DNA of 61,466 nucleotides, filler included, from Basidiobolus ranarum (lineage: Eukaryota): the NCBI GenBank assembly GCA_040143965.1. It is 22 parts of 22 records of this genome, joined end to end, with 100 filler letters (N's around TTAATTAATTAA, not from the genome) between each part and the next. Parts side by side here need not be neighbours in the genome. Positions count along the whole stretch, not along the records: positions 1 to 2,710 come from JASJQH010009924.1; positions 2,811 to 5,519 come from JASJQH010009925.1; positions 5,620 to 8,328 come from JASJQH010009926.1; positions 8,429 to 11,136 come from JASJQH010009927.1; 18 more parts are not named here. One strand, written 5' to 3'. Numbering within the stretch: position 1 is the first letter of the stretch; each line of letters starts with the position of its first letter. Under the pieces are notes generated by a model. The model was not told where the DNA came from, searched no databases, and was given only the letters and a program-made list of their open reading frames with translations. The translations under genes were made by a program, and so were the position numbers. Below are positions 1 through 11,236 of the stretch, in pieces.

Positions 1-84
1 GAGTCGGAATTGGATGACTCAAGTTGTAGAGGTCGTGGTCGCAGGTATCGTAGTCGTGGACGTCGCTTTGGTCATAGATATTGA
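1..84 (+). CDS. 3' end of a tandem paralog of the secreted protein at 1104..1886 (partial)
   Basis: Translates ESELDDSSCRGRGRRYRSRGRRFGHRY*. Bases 1..~122 are nearly identical to 1803..~1924, including the start of the 3'UTR. Confidence 0.8.
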   Translation, partial: ESELDDSSCRGRGRRYRSRGRRFGHRY

Positions 85-1103
85 GAAACTATCTCTCGGC
101 ACTGCACCATTTATGCATTCAACTTTACTCACACTCAGCAAAGTGAAAACTACTTCGTATGAAATTTACCCTTTTCATTTAGATGAGTATTGATATAGCG
201 TTTAATGTAGCTTCTATAAAGTATTGATTCTCTATATTTGGGTTCTTAGATCATAATTAGTGTTGGTAGAGGAAATATGCCATTTTACTGATCTACAATA
301 TAGCATCCTATACTCAATTGTTAGCTAATGTGGCTAGCTATTAACGCCCAGTTCATTCATATATCCTGCATACTGTAAGAAAACTAATGGAGTAGATGGT
401 TAGTACCATAGTTACTGTAGATCTTCTGTTAACAGTTGTTTATATGAGTGCTGTGATAGGCTATATTTCATGCTGTCAGAGTCTATTCAGAACCTACAAG
501 CCGTAGAGTGTGAAAATCGTTCTAACTTAGCTATTAAATTTATCGGCCAGCAAAAGCATGCAAGAAGCCTAACATGACAAGCGTACCGCTAGTCATTTAT
601 CTTCATATATGATATGATTAGAAATTAGGTCCAGGAATGTGCATATCTTACTGTGCTTCTATCCATCTTATTATTTGTCCTCACATTGAGCATTGTGTTG
701 TGACATTTAGCTACTTGTGGCCATGTAATTGATATTATGTGCTAATGTCCTTCAATTGAGTGTTGGTGGAAATCTAGTTAGTTTATAGAATTGCTACAGG
801 TAAATGAGATACAGTGAGCTGTTTATAATTAACAATCATTTTAATACAAAACATACTCCATTCTGATTATTCGGTCTTAATTCCCATTTATAGCAATCAT
901 GTATCTTACTCCGTTAATGAGTATTCTGAAAAAGATGTGAAAATGATGGCTTAATATAAATTCTGGTATCAGTATTATAGTGCTCCAAGCTTGATACATT
1001 TGAAACAAGATTTGTTGAATCTCGAAGATAACTCTATTATATCTACAATGTAGGTATATATACATACCTGGATGCCGTTGAAGAGTCAATACCTTACACA
1101 AAT

Positions 1104-1886
1104 ATGCATTTCAAACTCAATTTGCTTTTTTCTATAGCTTTTCTGTTTCAAGTATCGGTTGGAGTTCCTTTGAGTGCTTCTTCTACCAGTTATAGTAACT
1201 TAGTAGCACCACATTCTAATCAGCCGATGGAAACCATTAGAGATCAGTTTTTATCTATGCCACGGTCATCTAAACCGGAGAGTCAGTTTAGACAGTTCCC
1301 ACTCCTCAAGCAATTGTTTGGTACTGCGGCCAGAAAATATGCCAATTTAAACCACGCCAGTGTCAATAGTCAAGGAAGGCCACACATCAAATATCAGTCT
1401 GGACCCAACTTTGGAGCTGAAAGCACCATCGAGAACTCTAATCTAGGTGGACTCAGAGTCTCCAAGTCAAATGTTGGTGCCAACATCTTTGCAGGATTGA
1501 TTAATACTCCCCAGGGAGCTCAAGGTGATGAAGCGAACTACCCAATACAGTCTTCAAGGAACTTAGGGTCAGAAAGCAGAGCATCAGTCCAACAGTTCGG
1601 GAATACTCTGGGAAAATCCCTGCCTCAGCAAGCCTTACTTGATCGAGTTCGACGGAATTCAGCCCAGGCCGGACACGCTCTGTCAGATTCGAATCAGTTT
1701 GATCAAGTACAAAGAATTGAACAAACACTATACCAACCCTCTCAGCCTTCACAAGGCTCAGAATCCTCTCAAGATTTAGACGAGCAAGAGCCGGAAGATT
1801 CAGAGGCGGAATTGGATGACTCAAGTTGTAGAGGTTGTGGTCGCAGGTATCGTAGTCGTAGACGTCGCTTTGGTCGCAGATATTGA
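1104..1886 (+). CDS. Secreted 260-aa low-complexity protein with an acidic segment and an Arg-rich C-terminal tail
   Basis: Intact ORF, hydrophobic signal-peptide-like N-terminus (MHFKLNLLFSIAFLFQVSVG), TATA-like tract at ~1054, and an upstream duplicate of its tail. Confidence 0.8.
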   Translation: MHFKLNLLFSIAFLFQVSVGVPLSASSTSYSNLVAPHSNQPMETIRDQFLSMPRSSKPESQFRQFPLLKQLFGTAARKYANLNHASVNSQGRPHIKYQSGPNFGAESTIENSNLGGLRVSKSNVGANIFAGLINTPQGAQGDEANYPIQSSRNLGSESRASVQQFGNTLGKSLPQQALLDRVRRNSAQAGHALSDSNQFDQVQRIEQTLYQPSQPSQGSESSQDLDEQEPEDSEAELDDSSCRGCGRRYRSRRRRFGRRY

Positions 1887-2710
1887 GAAACTATCTCTCG
1901 GCACTGCACCATTTATGCATTCAATTATATTCTGAAACAGTAATAAAGTGAAAATTACGACATATTGAATTCATCGTTTCCGTTTGAATAACTATTATTG
2001 TGGTATGTAACAAGAGAAGAGAAAACACCCAAACACCCAAACATCCAAATACACATATTACTATCACTGCAACAATCGGACATATACAAAGTCTCCAACT
2101 GCTACTGGCTCATCCTTGAATTTGAAGCACGAAATTGAAAAGATGTTATACTATGAGGGATGCAAAGTACTGGATATTGCCAGAAGTTCTCATATACCGG
2201 AATTTGAAGTGGAGTGAGGAGATAGTATTTAAGTTACAATAGCATGAATGCTATGCCTTGGTGGTGATGGAAAGTGAACAAAAATAATACGTCGTGAGAG
2301 ACTACAACTATCTCCACAAATCAGAACTTTCATCCATAAGCAAGCCTGCAACCATAAGCAATCATCTAAAGACACTATGAAATTTTGAATCCAAAGAAAG
2401 ATTTAGCCAAAGGATTTAACCTTACAAATGTGATACATGCCCCAAAGGCAAACCTCATTCTTCGACAAGTGTTTTACCATTACCTAATCCAAACGTTGTG
2501 TTTATTTGTTTAGATTTACAGTAGTTCAATCTACCTAACAATCAACGAGGTTTTGGGTAAAGTATTGGCCAAGTTTTTGCACAACTGGGTCGACATAATT
2601 TAATATGTCATACAGATCGACATGTGATGCTCCTTGAACAATAAATAACTCCTTTGGCTCTTTGGCCTTTTGAATAGCGTTTTCACTCAGATACTTGGTG
2701 TCAGCTTCTG

Positions 2711-2810
2711 NNNNNNNNNNNNNNNNNNNNNNNNNNNNNNNNNNNNNNNNNNNNTTAATTAATTAANNNNNNNNNNNNNNNNNNNNNNNNNNNNNNNNNN
2801 NNNNNNNNNN
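2711..2810. other. Artificial 100-nt contig spacer (N44-TTAATTAATTAA-N44); first of 21 such spacers, about every 2.8 kb
   Basis: Identical spacer with stops in all six frames recurs at 5520, 8329, 11137, 13944 ... 58680. Intervening segments decrease from 2710 to 2687 bp, as for size-sorted contigs. Confidence 0.98.
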
Positions 2811-3351
2811 ATTTCTTCTTCTGTAACAAATCCCTAAAGGTCTTTGTCCTCTAGCACCATTTCCATCTTGAACTTTGATAGGTGAAGGCCTTCACCATAG
2901 AACTTCTCTGTGGATGCAAAAACATTGGTAAAAGTAGTGATGGACATTCCTTGAACAGCTAGCTTGAGGCTTGTTACCTTTTAAAAGTGCTCAAGGGATT
3001 TGGAAGTGCTTTGGAGAAGATCTGGGCTTGAGAATTAGACACTTAAGTCCTGTTGAAATGAATATGTCCTATTTATAGCTTACTGCAAAATAGGACTATT
3101 AGACATGTCTTGATGATAACAAATATGCCTGTTAAGCATAACTAACAAACCTGTTAAGCATGGGTGAAAATTTGAGGTGATTTGGGGAAACTTTGAGAAA
3201 ATAGTGAAAATTGATAAAAGTGATCTAATTGGTATTCCTATCAATTAGGGCAATGTACAAACACTTTTGATTGGCGGCATTGAGTGCTAAATAATCAGAA
3301 TGTGAATTCAGTAACTACTAAACAATGAGCTGCTTTTCACTAAATTTCAAC
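2811..3351 (-). mobile_element. Copia family B: 5' LTR (~2980..3351) and degenerate gag start
   Basis: LTR begins TGTTGAAATT on the minus strand and matches 39362..39713. Downstream reads ..FKMEMVLEDKDL*G (Copia gag N-terminus), matching 40330-40410. Confidence 0.75.
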
Positions 3352-4110
3352 AAGTATTGGTGAACACCAATATTGCAGACTTATAGAGAACACTCCCATC
3401 ATTAGTAAACTTGGAAGTTGTTGGGTAAAGAATGCACTATCTTGCCATAGATTTTTTTAGATACACAGTGCATACATTAGCAGGCACACTCATTATACTA
3501 TCTAAGAACAAAGTCACACTCCAGCATTATGCAGCAAGCCCTCAATGAAATATCACTATCTTTTTTGATGACAAGACACCCAACAGTCAGTAGATGATGA
3601 TAATTGGGCTCAGTCATATGCCCAAGATTATATTGTCCAAGGGGAATTGCAGGAGCCAGAATTTACCATTATGTACTTTGCATTTGATGTCTAACATGAT
3701 TAAAATATTAATGACTCAACTCTACAGTAGACAATTCACTCTGAACAATTCATACAAGATTGGATCTAAATTTGAATTAATTGGTATGATGCCTTTAAAT
3801 GCCAAGATACTTACATATTCTACAGGGTAACACTTTTGGTGAAATCAATAGAGTTTTCTCTACCAGGAATACAGATTACTACTATCCAAATATAACACTA
3901 AAATCCATGATTTTACCATTAAGAGCCTGGTCAGATTTCAAAATGCTCACTGATATCAATTCACTAATTAGCCAGTCTAGCACCACACTTGTGATTCACT
4001 ATAAGTCTACATTATATAAGTAAAGAGGATCAGTTAGCACCAGAGCTTCCCATTAGGCACCATGCACTTACTATTCAACCACATTGCAATAATACTTACT
4101 CAGTAGTGTA
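3352..4110 (+). mobile_element. Degenerate CACTA/EnSpm transposase fragments
   Basis: Matches 11720-12050 and the reverse complement of 55120-55450 (SQSFPLGTMHLLFN motif). Confidence 0.6.
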
Positions 4111-4919
4111 GTTGTTTTAGGATGTATGCAGCAACTATCACTGCAATGTCTTAAGGGTTTTGTGAGATGTCCAAACAGTGCAATAACCACAGTTGAATAC
4201 CTCTAAGATGTACTGTAATATGGGTCTGTCTCTTTCCTTTCAAGTCTTTGTGAAAGGAAATTGAGGCTTTAGAATGTCTAAGCACCAATAACCCATAATG
4301 CAATGTTCACCTTTCTGTTAAATAATATGCTGGCACCTGACAAAAGAATATACTGGCTTCAATATCCTCTGAGAATGATCAGATACAAGGGTATATCCAT
4401 ACAAAAACAACTGTAAACTCAGCCAGCAGGGTATAGAATGAGGATGCATTAGTAGTGATTTATCCAAGGATATGAAAAGTTCCTTTTCTATGCAGACAAA
4501 GCTAGGAAAAAATTAGAAGTATCAGAAATATAACTCCTACCTGTCAGTACTTCCTTTGAGCTAGTCAAGTCCTGTCTAGTCACACAGTAGCCTCTAACTA
4601 TCTCTAGTAGTCTCTATTGAGCTTTTGTTTCAAAGGTCTTCTAAGTGGTGATGGAAACAATGAGTGATCACAAGTAGTAACTTTAAGTTGAAAATGATTA
4701 TGATTTTTACTTGAAAAGATATGGCTCCTATTCATACTTTTCTGAAGGTAGATATGATTACTAATGAGAATTTCCAGAACATTCCCAACAGTTCTATTGG
4801 TGGGGATCTGGGGTTATGATATCACCATATATCATAAAATTAGTAATCCATGGAAGGTTCCAGAAGGTTGTTGAATAATCCAGAAAGTCAAGAAATATTT
4901 TGGCAAAATCAAGTTTTGA

Positions 4920-5519
4920 TTGGTAGGCTGAGTTCTGTTCCATCAAGTTAAGCTTTGTCATAGCTTCCACTATCTACAACTTAAACAATTTTGTATGGGC
5001 CTCTCCATTGATTGTCAAACTTCCTGCTCCATTGTTTGCCAACAGTAGAATCATATTCCGGGACAAGGTCATCAACTTGCGGTGGCTTTAGCCAGAGTTG
5101 ATAGTTTCTGTCAAAGAGTCCTTGTTGGGATTTCTGGCTTTCTGCAGTTCTTCAGCAGCTTTTTCTACATCAACATGGTGTCTACAAATTTGGGCTATCC
5201 TTTTGGTGAGAAGTTCTTTGGTCATCATGTTAGTCATCCAGTTCAGAGGGTTACAAGCTGTGTCTTCAGTTTCAATGGGAAGGATGCATTCTTGTCCATA
5301 TATCAGTCTGAGTAGTGACATTCCAGTTGATCTTTTTGTGTGATCCTGTCAGCCCTTAGTTGCAGCTTTTGTGGCCCAAGTTGTGATTTACATTGACAGA
5401 CTTGACTATTGAGTTCACTAAGGGTAAATGCACTCTCTCCATCATTCCATTTGCTTGTGGATGGCAAGCTGTGATGTGTGCAATATTTATGCAATAATTC
5501 AAGCATAGGTCCTGGATTA
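4920..5519 (-). mobile_element. Ty3/Gypsy integrase relic (second Gypsy family)
   Basis: Frameshifted motifs HPQANGMMER..PLVN, ADRIT.KRSTGMS..RLIYGQECILPIE. Confidence 0.7.
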
Positions 5520-5619
5520 NNNNNNNNNNNNNNNNNNNNNNNNNNNNNNNNNNNNNNNNNNNNTTAATTAATTAANNNNNNNNNNNNNNNNNNNNNNNNN
5601 NNNNNNNNNNNNNNNNNNN

Positions 5620-7001
5620 TTTAATCAATATCACACCATATATATGAATGTCCCCATGACAGTCTAGCAGAGCACACTATGTGTTGTGCCATTGAGCCTA
5701 CACAACAACCCAAAATTAGTTGGGAACATGAAAGCAGAAATCTCATAGGAAAACTAGCAAACCAAAAGACTCTGAATGTCAGAGCTACCATCAATGCTCT
5801 GATGATGAGTTGCTTCACAATTGGAAACTCTATGGAATTTTGCTTAAAATCACCTAAATATGAGCTAATTGGGGAAAAACAAAACCCAGGCATCACTATG
5901 CAGGTTCTTCATTATTAGGTGGCTTATCCTGAGCTTGTGCAAGCAAATGGCAACTGGGCTAGTATGCAACATCTCAAGAATGTACACAATTATTGACTTG
6001 AACAAAAAGAAAAGCAGCTAAAAAAGTACTCAAGGAGCTGGAAGTTGATAAAGCCAAGGGAATAGCAAAGGAGACAGTGAGCTTAGGCTCTTCTGTCCAA
6101 CTTACCAAGTTTTGCACAACATTACAAAGATATGTTGTCTCACAGTCAGCTATATTGTGAAAAAGGCTTAATTTTACCCTGTACCCAGAAGCACCAGTTC
6201 AAAGATGGCTAAATTTGTAAGTTTATCCAACACCTGGCACCTTTCTATTAGCCAAAACACCAGTAAGTCAAACTTATAGTTCTCCAACCTGAACTGGTAC
6301 TTTTCAAAGTGTTTAAATTAGGCCCAAACTTAAAGGCAAGCAAAAAGCCACACAAATATTGCAAAGCACTCTCAGTAGTGACAAACTACAACAACATATA
6401 AAAATAGTAAAAGTGCATGAGGAGTATTTTCAAAAGTAGGATGGGAAAATACAGTGCAAATATGAAGAGAGTTCTTTTAGAAGAAGAAAGTTCAAGTTCA
6501 CATTCAGTCAGGTGTTGACCATGCAGATATCAGGAAAGAACTTAATATGGAGTGGCACAATATCACAGGGTATCTGCCATATTGCCGGAACAATGTTGAT
6601 TCAGCAACTTTGATATAAAGGTGGAGTTTGATGAAGATATTGATACAAACTTGTGTTGGATATGAGCTAAACCTTGAGTATGACAAACTCTATAAAAATA
6701 TTCAGGAGATTGTATGAAAGAAACTTGGGATATTGCAAGTGACAAATTAGTGTTCAAGTAGAAAACATGTAAAATTTAACTTACATTATCACACATGTGT
6801 TGATTCTTAGTTTGCTGAGATTGTAGCCATTCATGTGCAACTATTTTGTAAGATCTTGAAATTTCACACCTGAAACTGAAAAAATTCATTAAAATCTAAT
6901 CAAACTTGATGATCTTACAATGGTTAGTAAGTAGCCAGTCCAGAAAAATTTAAAATTTAGATGGTTTCCCTATAATAACAATCCTGAAATTTCTGTCAGG
7001 G
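5620..7001 (-). mobile_element. CACTA/EnSpm 5' arm with terminus (CCCTGACAGAAATTT on minus strand)
   Basis: 5620-5810 matches 61290-61466. 6550-7001 matches 19660-20117 and, inverted, 22020-22260. Ends TTCTGTCAGGG. Confidence 0.7.
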
Positions 7002-7307
7002 AAGACTAATGAGTCAAACACACATAAGCAACAATCTAGAAAAAGAATACAAGGAAGTGGCTCTTTTTGGAGCAGGAAAATGTAGCTTTGGCTAGTAAAA
7101 AGATTACATGTAAAGCATACCAGGTGTATATTATAGCTGTGACAAATTTGGACAGCATACATAGGATTGAAAATCAAGTTGTTACAAGAAAAATGAGAAG
7201 TTGGGGCATGCAAATCAAGTTTCAACCAAAGAGGAAGTTATATTTATTTCTACCCTATTGCTGACCTAAGAATAAGACTCTAGGATATGGTTTATTGATT
7301 CTGGAGC
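7002..7307 (+). mobile_element. Copia gag/protease fragment
   Basis: Ends in WFIDSGA (Copia protease motif) and resembles the reverse complement of 42900-43200. Confidence 0.6.
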
Positions 7308-7658
7308 AGTCATGATTCTGGTCTTGGCACATTCAACCACTGCAAATAGAATTTGCATATTATCAGATTGTGACATCATAACTACTCTACCATCCATTCT
7401 TGGAAATCCTGTGCCTTTTCAATCATTTTGCCTTATATGAAAGTCATTTTCTTTGGAATCTCTCATAAGACCTGACCAATCATAGTATTTCACAGAGAGT
7501 ATATTTCTGCCAAGACCTACCATGGAAGATCACCGGATCATCCCTATGGTATCCCCCTTTGTGTTGTTTGTTGTAGTCTCCAACACCCCAACACTTGAAC
7601 TTGCCATGGTATATTCCCTTCTCAGTATTTTATGTTTTACCCCTAAAATTCTATAGAG
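7308..7658 (+). repeat. Truncated LTR of Gypsy/chromovirus family A
   Basis: Starts (A)GTCATGATTCTG and aligns with the first ~350 nt of 7659..8188. Confidence 0.7.
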
Positions 7659-8328
7659 TATCATGATTCTGATCTTGGCATACTCATGCACTGCATATAG
7701 AGCTGTTATATTATTAGATTATGACATCATATCTGCTGTGCCATCCTTTCTTGGCAATTATATGCTAGTTTGTCCAGGTTACTTTAGATCAAAGTTATAT
7801 TTTTTGGAATATTCCATGAAGCCTAGCCAATCATGTCATCCAACACATAGTGTATTTCCACCAAGACCTTCCATGGAAGGTCACCTGATCATCCTTACAT
7901 CATTCCTCTTTGTATTGGTCCTGGTAGTGCTCAACACCTCAACATTTGAACTTGCTACAGTATATTGCCTATTCAGTATATTGTGTTTTACCTTTCAATA
8001 TCTATACAAGCTCCATGTTTTCCTTGATCATACCTCAGTCTGATCAATGCCAGTTATCAATAAAAAATCTTGCCAAAGTATCTTCCTTGACCAGTCTAGT
8101 CTTGTCTTGTTATGCACATCCAAGTACTTTCCTACCTTTTAGCCTCCTGTTGTTGATTCCAGTCCTTGTCTAGTTTGTTGATGTGACAATTTGATCAGAC
8201 TACTTGTACTTGCCTGTAGACCTCTCTCCATCCCGGTTCTCCAACCTTGAACCCCCCCAAGGTTGGCTTCCCCCATCTTACTCAGCTTTGGCAAGAAAAT
8301 CACGAACTTTATTCTTCTCTTACTCAAG
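7659..8328 (+). mobile_element. Chromovirus family A 5' LTR (7659..8188) plus PBS and leader
   Basis: About 530-bp repeat ending GTGACA, TATA-like ~8003, AATAAA ~8059, followed by PBS-like TTGATCAGACT. Other copies at 13648, 39722, 43204, 44531 and 53476. Confidence 0.8.
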
Positions 8329-8806
8329 NNNNNNNNNNNNNNNNNNNNNNNNNNNNNNNNNNNNNNNNNNNNTTAATTAATTAANNNNNNNNNNNNNNNN
8401 NNNNNNNNNNNNNNNNNNNNNNNNNNNNCTAGTAAATCGATAAACTGACTCAAGAGTAGATCTAGAAAATATGGATTTGTCAGTGATTGGTGTGTGGGTT
8501 GAGAATATGTTGTTGTTATGGGAATATTAAAAATAGCACAGAGTAACAATATTAGATTCTCTGATCTGGAAGTTTCTACCTCTAATGCCTTCTATACTTC
8601 CTATATATGGAAAAGATTAGGTTAGCTAGATGGTAGCATTTTAATGATTCCTATTACAAACTTGTATAGTCATTCGTATTTGTGTTCAGTAGCCCAGGGA
8701 TTATCAAGTTGGGAAATTTTTACTTATAAACCAAGGTCTGTTCGCAGCATTCTTTTCACATCCATTCGTCCTTGTTTATATTGTGCTTTCCTTTGTGTAT
8801 ACCAAG

Positions 8807-10273
8807 ATGCCAGTCTCTATTGATGAAATCCAGAGCCTTAGGGAGTTTTATAATGCCGCCGGGCAGGGCCATGTATTCACTTTCTTTGACGACCTTTCCA
8901 CCGAGGAGCAACAGTCTTTAGTTGCTCAGCTCAAGGATATCGACCCCTCTTTGATCAACTGTATTTATAACAAAATCGCTAACCAGAAAGTTGAGCTTCT
9001 GAACGAAATCAAACCTTTTCCCTCTGAGCGGTCTGGCTCGCTTTTAACTGCAAGCAAAGAAACTATTGACGAATGGGAAAGCACCGGTATGAAGGCAATT
9101 GCACAAAATCAAGTAGCAGTTATTTTAATGGCTGGCGGCCAAGGTTCCCGCTTGGGTTCTCCTGATCCCAAGGGTTGCTACGATATCAATCTTCCTTCAC
9201 ATAAAACACTCTTCCAACTCCAAGCAGAGCGTATTATTCGTTTACAGTCACTAGCAAGTCAATACTCTGAAGAGGAGAATCCTGAAGTTGTCATTCTTTG
9301 GTATATCATGACTTCTGGTCCCACCCGCGCTGCCACTATGGAGCATTTTGAGAAACACAACTATTTCGGCCTTAAGAAATCCAATGTGGTGTTTTTCAAC
9401 CAAGGTATGATGCCATGTGTATCCAACGATGGTAAAATACTTCTCGAAACCAAGTCGAAAGTAGCTATTTCCCCTAATGGTAACGGCGGTATCTACGATG
9501 CTCTTCGTCGTGATGGTGTCCTAGATGATCTCACCGCTCGTGGTGTTCGTTATATTCACAGCTACTGTGTCGATAACTGCCTCGTCAAAGTAGCCGATCC
9601 CATTTTTATCGGTTACTGTATCTCTAAGGAGGCTGACTGTGGTAACAAAGTTGTCCGTAAAGGCTACCCTACCGAACGAATTGGCGTCACTTGTCTTAGC
9701 GATGGAAAGCCCAAGATTGTAGAATACTCGGAAATTGACCCTGCCATGGCTGCGTTGACCGACTCTGAAGGACAACTTGTTTATAAGGCTGGTAGTATTG
9801 CCAACCATTTCTATACTCTTGACTTCCTGCAACGTGTTAAAACTTTCGAAGACAAGCTCGATTATCACTTTGCCAAGAAGAAGATTAAGTGTGTTGACCT
9901 TCAAACTGGTGAGAAGATTCTTCCTTCGGATCCCAATGGTATCAAATTCGAAGTATTCGTCTTCGATGTATTCCCATTCACTGAGAACTTGGCTGTTTAT
10001 GAGGTTGATCGTAAGGAGGAATTCTCACCATTGAAGAATGCCCCTGGTTCAGGTTTTGATTGCGCAGAAACCAGCTTACGTGATATCACTGAACAGAGTC
10101 TCCGTTTCCTACAAAAGGCTGGCGCAGTTGTTGAGAATATCCAAGAAGGTGTTGTACCGGTAGAGATTTCACCCTTGGTATCTTATAATGGTGAAGGTCT
10201 AGAAACACTTGCTGGAAAAATCTTAAGTGCACCCGTCTACATCAACAGCTTGGAAGATCTTTCGAAACTCTAA
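8807..10273 (+). CDS. UAP1: UDP-N-acetylglucosamine pyrophosphorylase
   Basis: LMAGGQGSRLGSPDPKG signature, PNGNGG, YCVDNCLVKVADP, EFSPLKN. First ATG at 8807; no introns. Confidence 0.96.
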   Translation: MPVSIDEIQSLREFYNAAGQGHVFTFFDDLSTEEQQSLVAQLKDIDPSLINCIYNKIANQKVELLNEIKPFPSERSGSLLTASKETIDEWESTGMKAIAQNQVAVILMAGGQGSRLGSPDPKGCYDINLPSHKTLFQLQAERIIRLQSLASQYSEEENPEVVILWYIMTSGPTRAATMEHFEKHNYFGLKKSNVVFFNQGMMPCVSNDGKILLETKSKVAISPNGNGGIYDALRRDGVLDDLTARGVRYIHSYCVDNCLVKVADPIFIGYCISKEADCGNKVVRKGYPTERIGVTCLSDGKPKIVEYSEIDPAMAALTDSEGQLVYKAGSIANHFYTLDFLQRVKTFEDKLDYHFAKKKIKCVDLQTGEKILPSDPNGIKFEVFVFDVFPFTENLAVYEVDRKEEFSPLKNAPGSGFDCAETSLRDITEQSLRFLQKAGAVVENIQEGVVPVEISPLVSYNGEGLETLAGKILSAPVYINSLEDLSKL

Positions 10274-10776
10274 GACAGTTGTAAAACGCATATTTTATTG
10301 TCTTCTCCCCATTAGTTCACCCATTTTTGTAAGTATTTTAGAACTTTACATCTCCGTCCTTCATGTATTATCGAATCATCTTTCATTACTGATAACGAAA
10401 TACTTCATTCAAATAAATATTGTCTATATTGAACTTGCTCCCTAAATCTGGGTTGATAGCGTTAAATGGATATAATATAAATAATCCTGTATTTCCCCTC
10501 GGGTCAAATATTCTTGGTGTAGCCGAGATACACGTCACAATGATTGTTTTGGGTCCCAGTTCTTGCTTAAACTAAATACTGTTTTAAACACCTCCGGCAG
10601 GTACAGAAATGATCGTTAGTAGAAAACGAAATATTATTATTGGGTTTCAATGACGTCGAAGAAAAAGTGATTAAATTGAATTGAAAATGAACACCATAAT
10701 CTATAGTAACGATTTGGGCAATAAGGTCAGAATAACTTGCCCTCAACGTAATATTAAGTTTGGAATGGAGAATACC

Positions 10777-11136
10777 ATGGCCGAGTACCTCAGTAAAGCA
10801 GCAGCTTTCGCTCAAAGTGCAGCTAAAATATCGAAAAAAGTTTCTGAAGGAATAGTAGAGAATGCAAGGGAGTTTGGTTTCGACTCATCTGCACATTTTT
10901 TTGATACCTCGGAAGTGAAACTACGTGAGATTCATAAAAGTCTAGATTCTGGAAATGACCGGGAGAAAATGGATGGGTTGAAAAGACTTATTGCGGTATA
11001 TATTTATCTGACTTATTTACTATTCTTCAATGCTTCCAGAATCTCTCTGATGTTTCGTTAATTTTTAAGATGATTTCAAAAGGCCGTGACGTTTCGGAGT
11101 TTTTTCCAGATGTCGTGAAAAATGTTGCCTCTACTA
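10777..11136 (+). CDS. APL6: AP-3 adaptor complex beta subunit, 5' part (exons 10777..10995, 11070..11136)
   Basis: LDSGNDREKMDGLKRLIA|MISKGRDVSEFFPDVVKNVAS is the beta-3 adaptin N-terminus; GT..AG intron at 10996..11069. Confidence 0.88.
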
Positions 11137-11236
11137 NNNNNNNNNNNNNNNNNNNNNNNNNNNNNNNNNNNNNNNNNNNNTTAATTAATTAANNNNNNNN
11201 NNNNNNNNNNNNNNNNNNNNNNNNNNNNNNNNNNNN

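Noticed and set aside
2100-2460. Possible Tc1/mariner-type HTH transposase remnant
   Set aside because: Too degenerate; no DDE motif or TIR visible.
7663-8173. Hydrophobic ORFs recurring at 7663/7946, 13621, 39768 and 43206/43219
   Set aside because: They lie inside LTR copies with varying frames and stops; non-coding repeat sequence.
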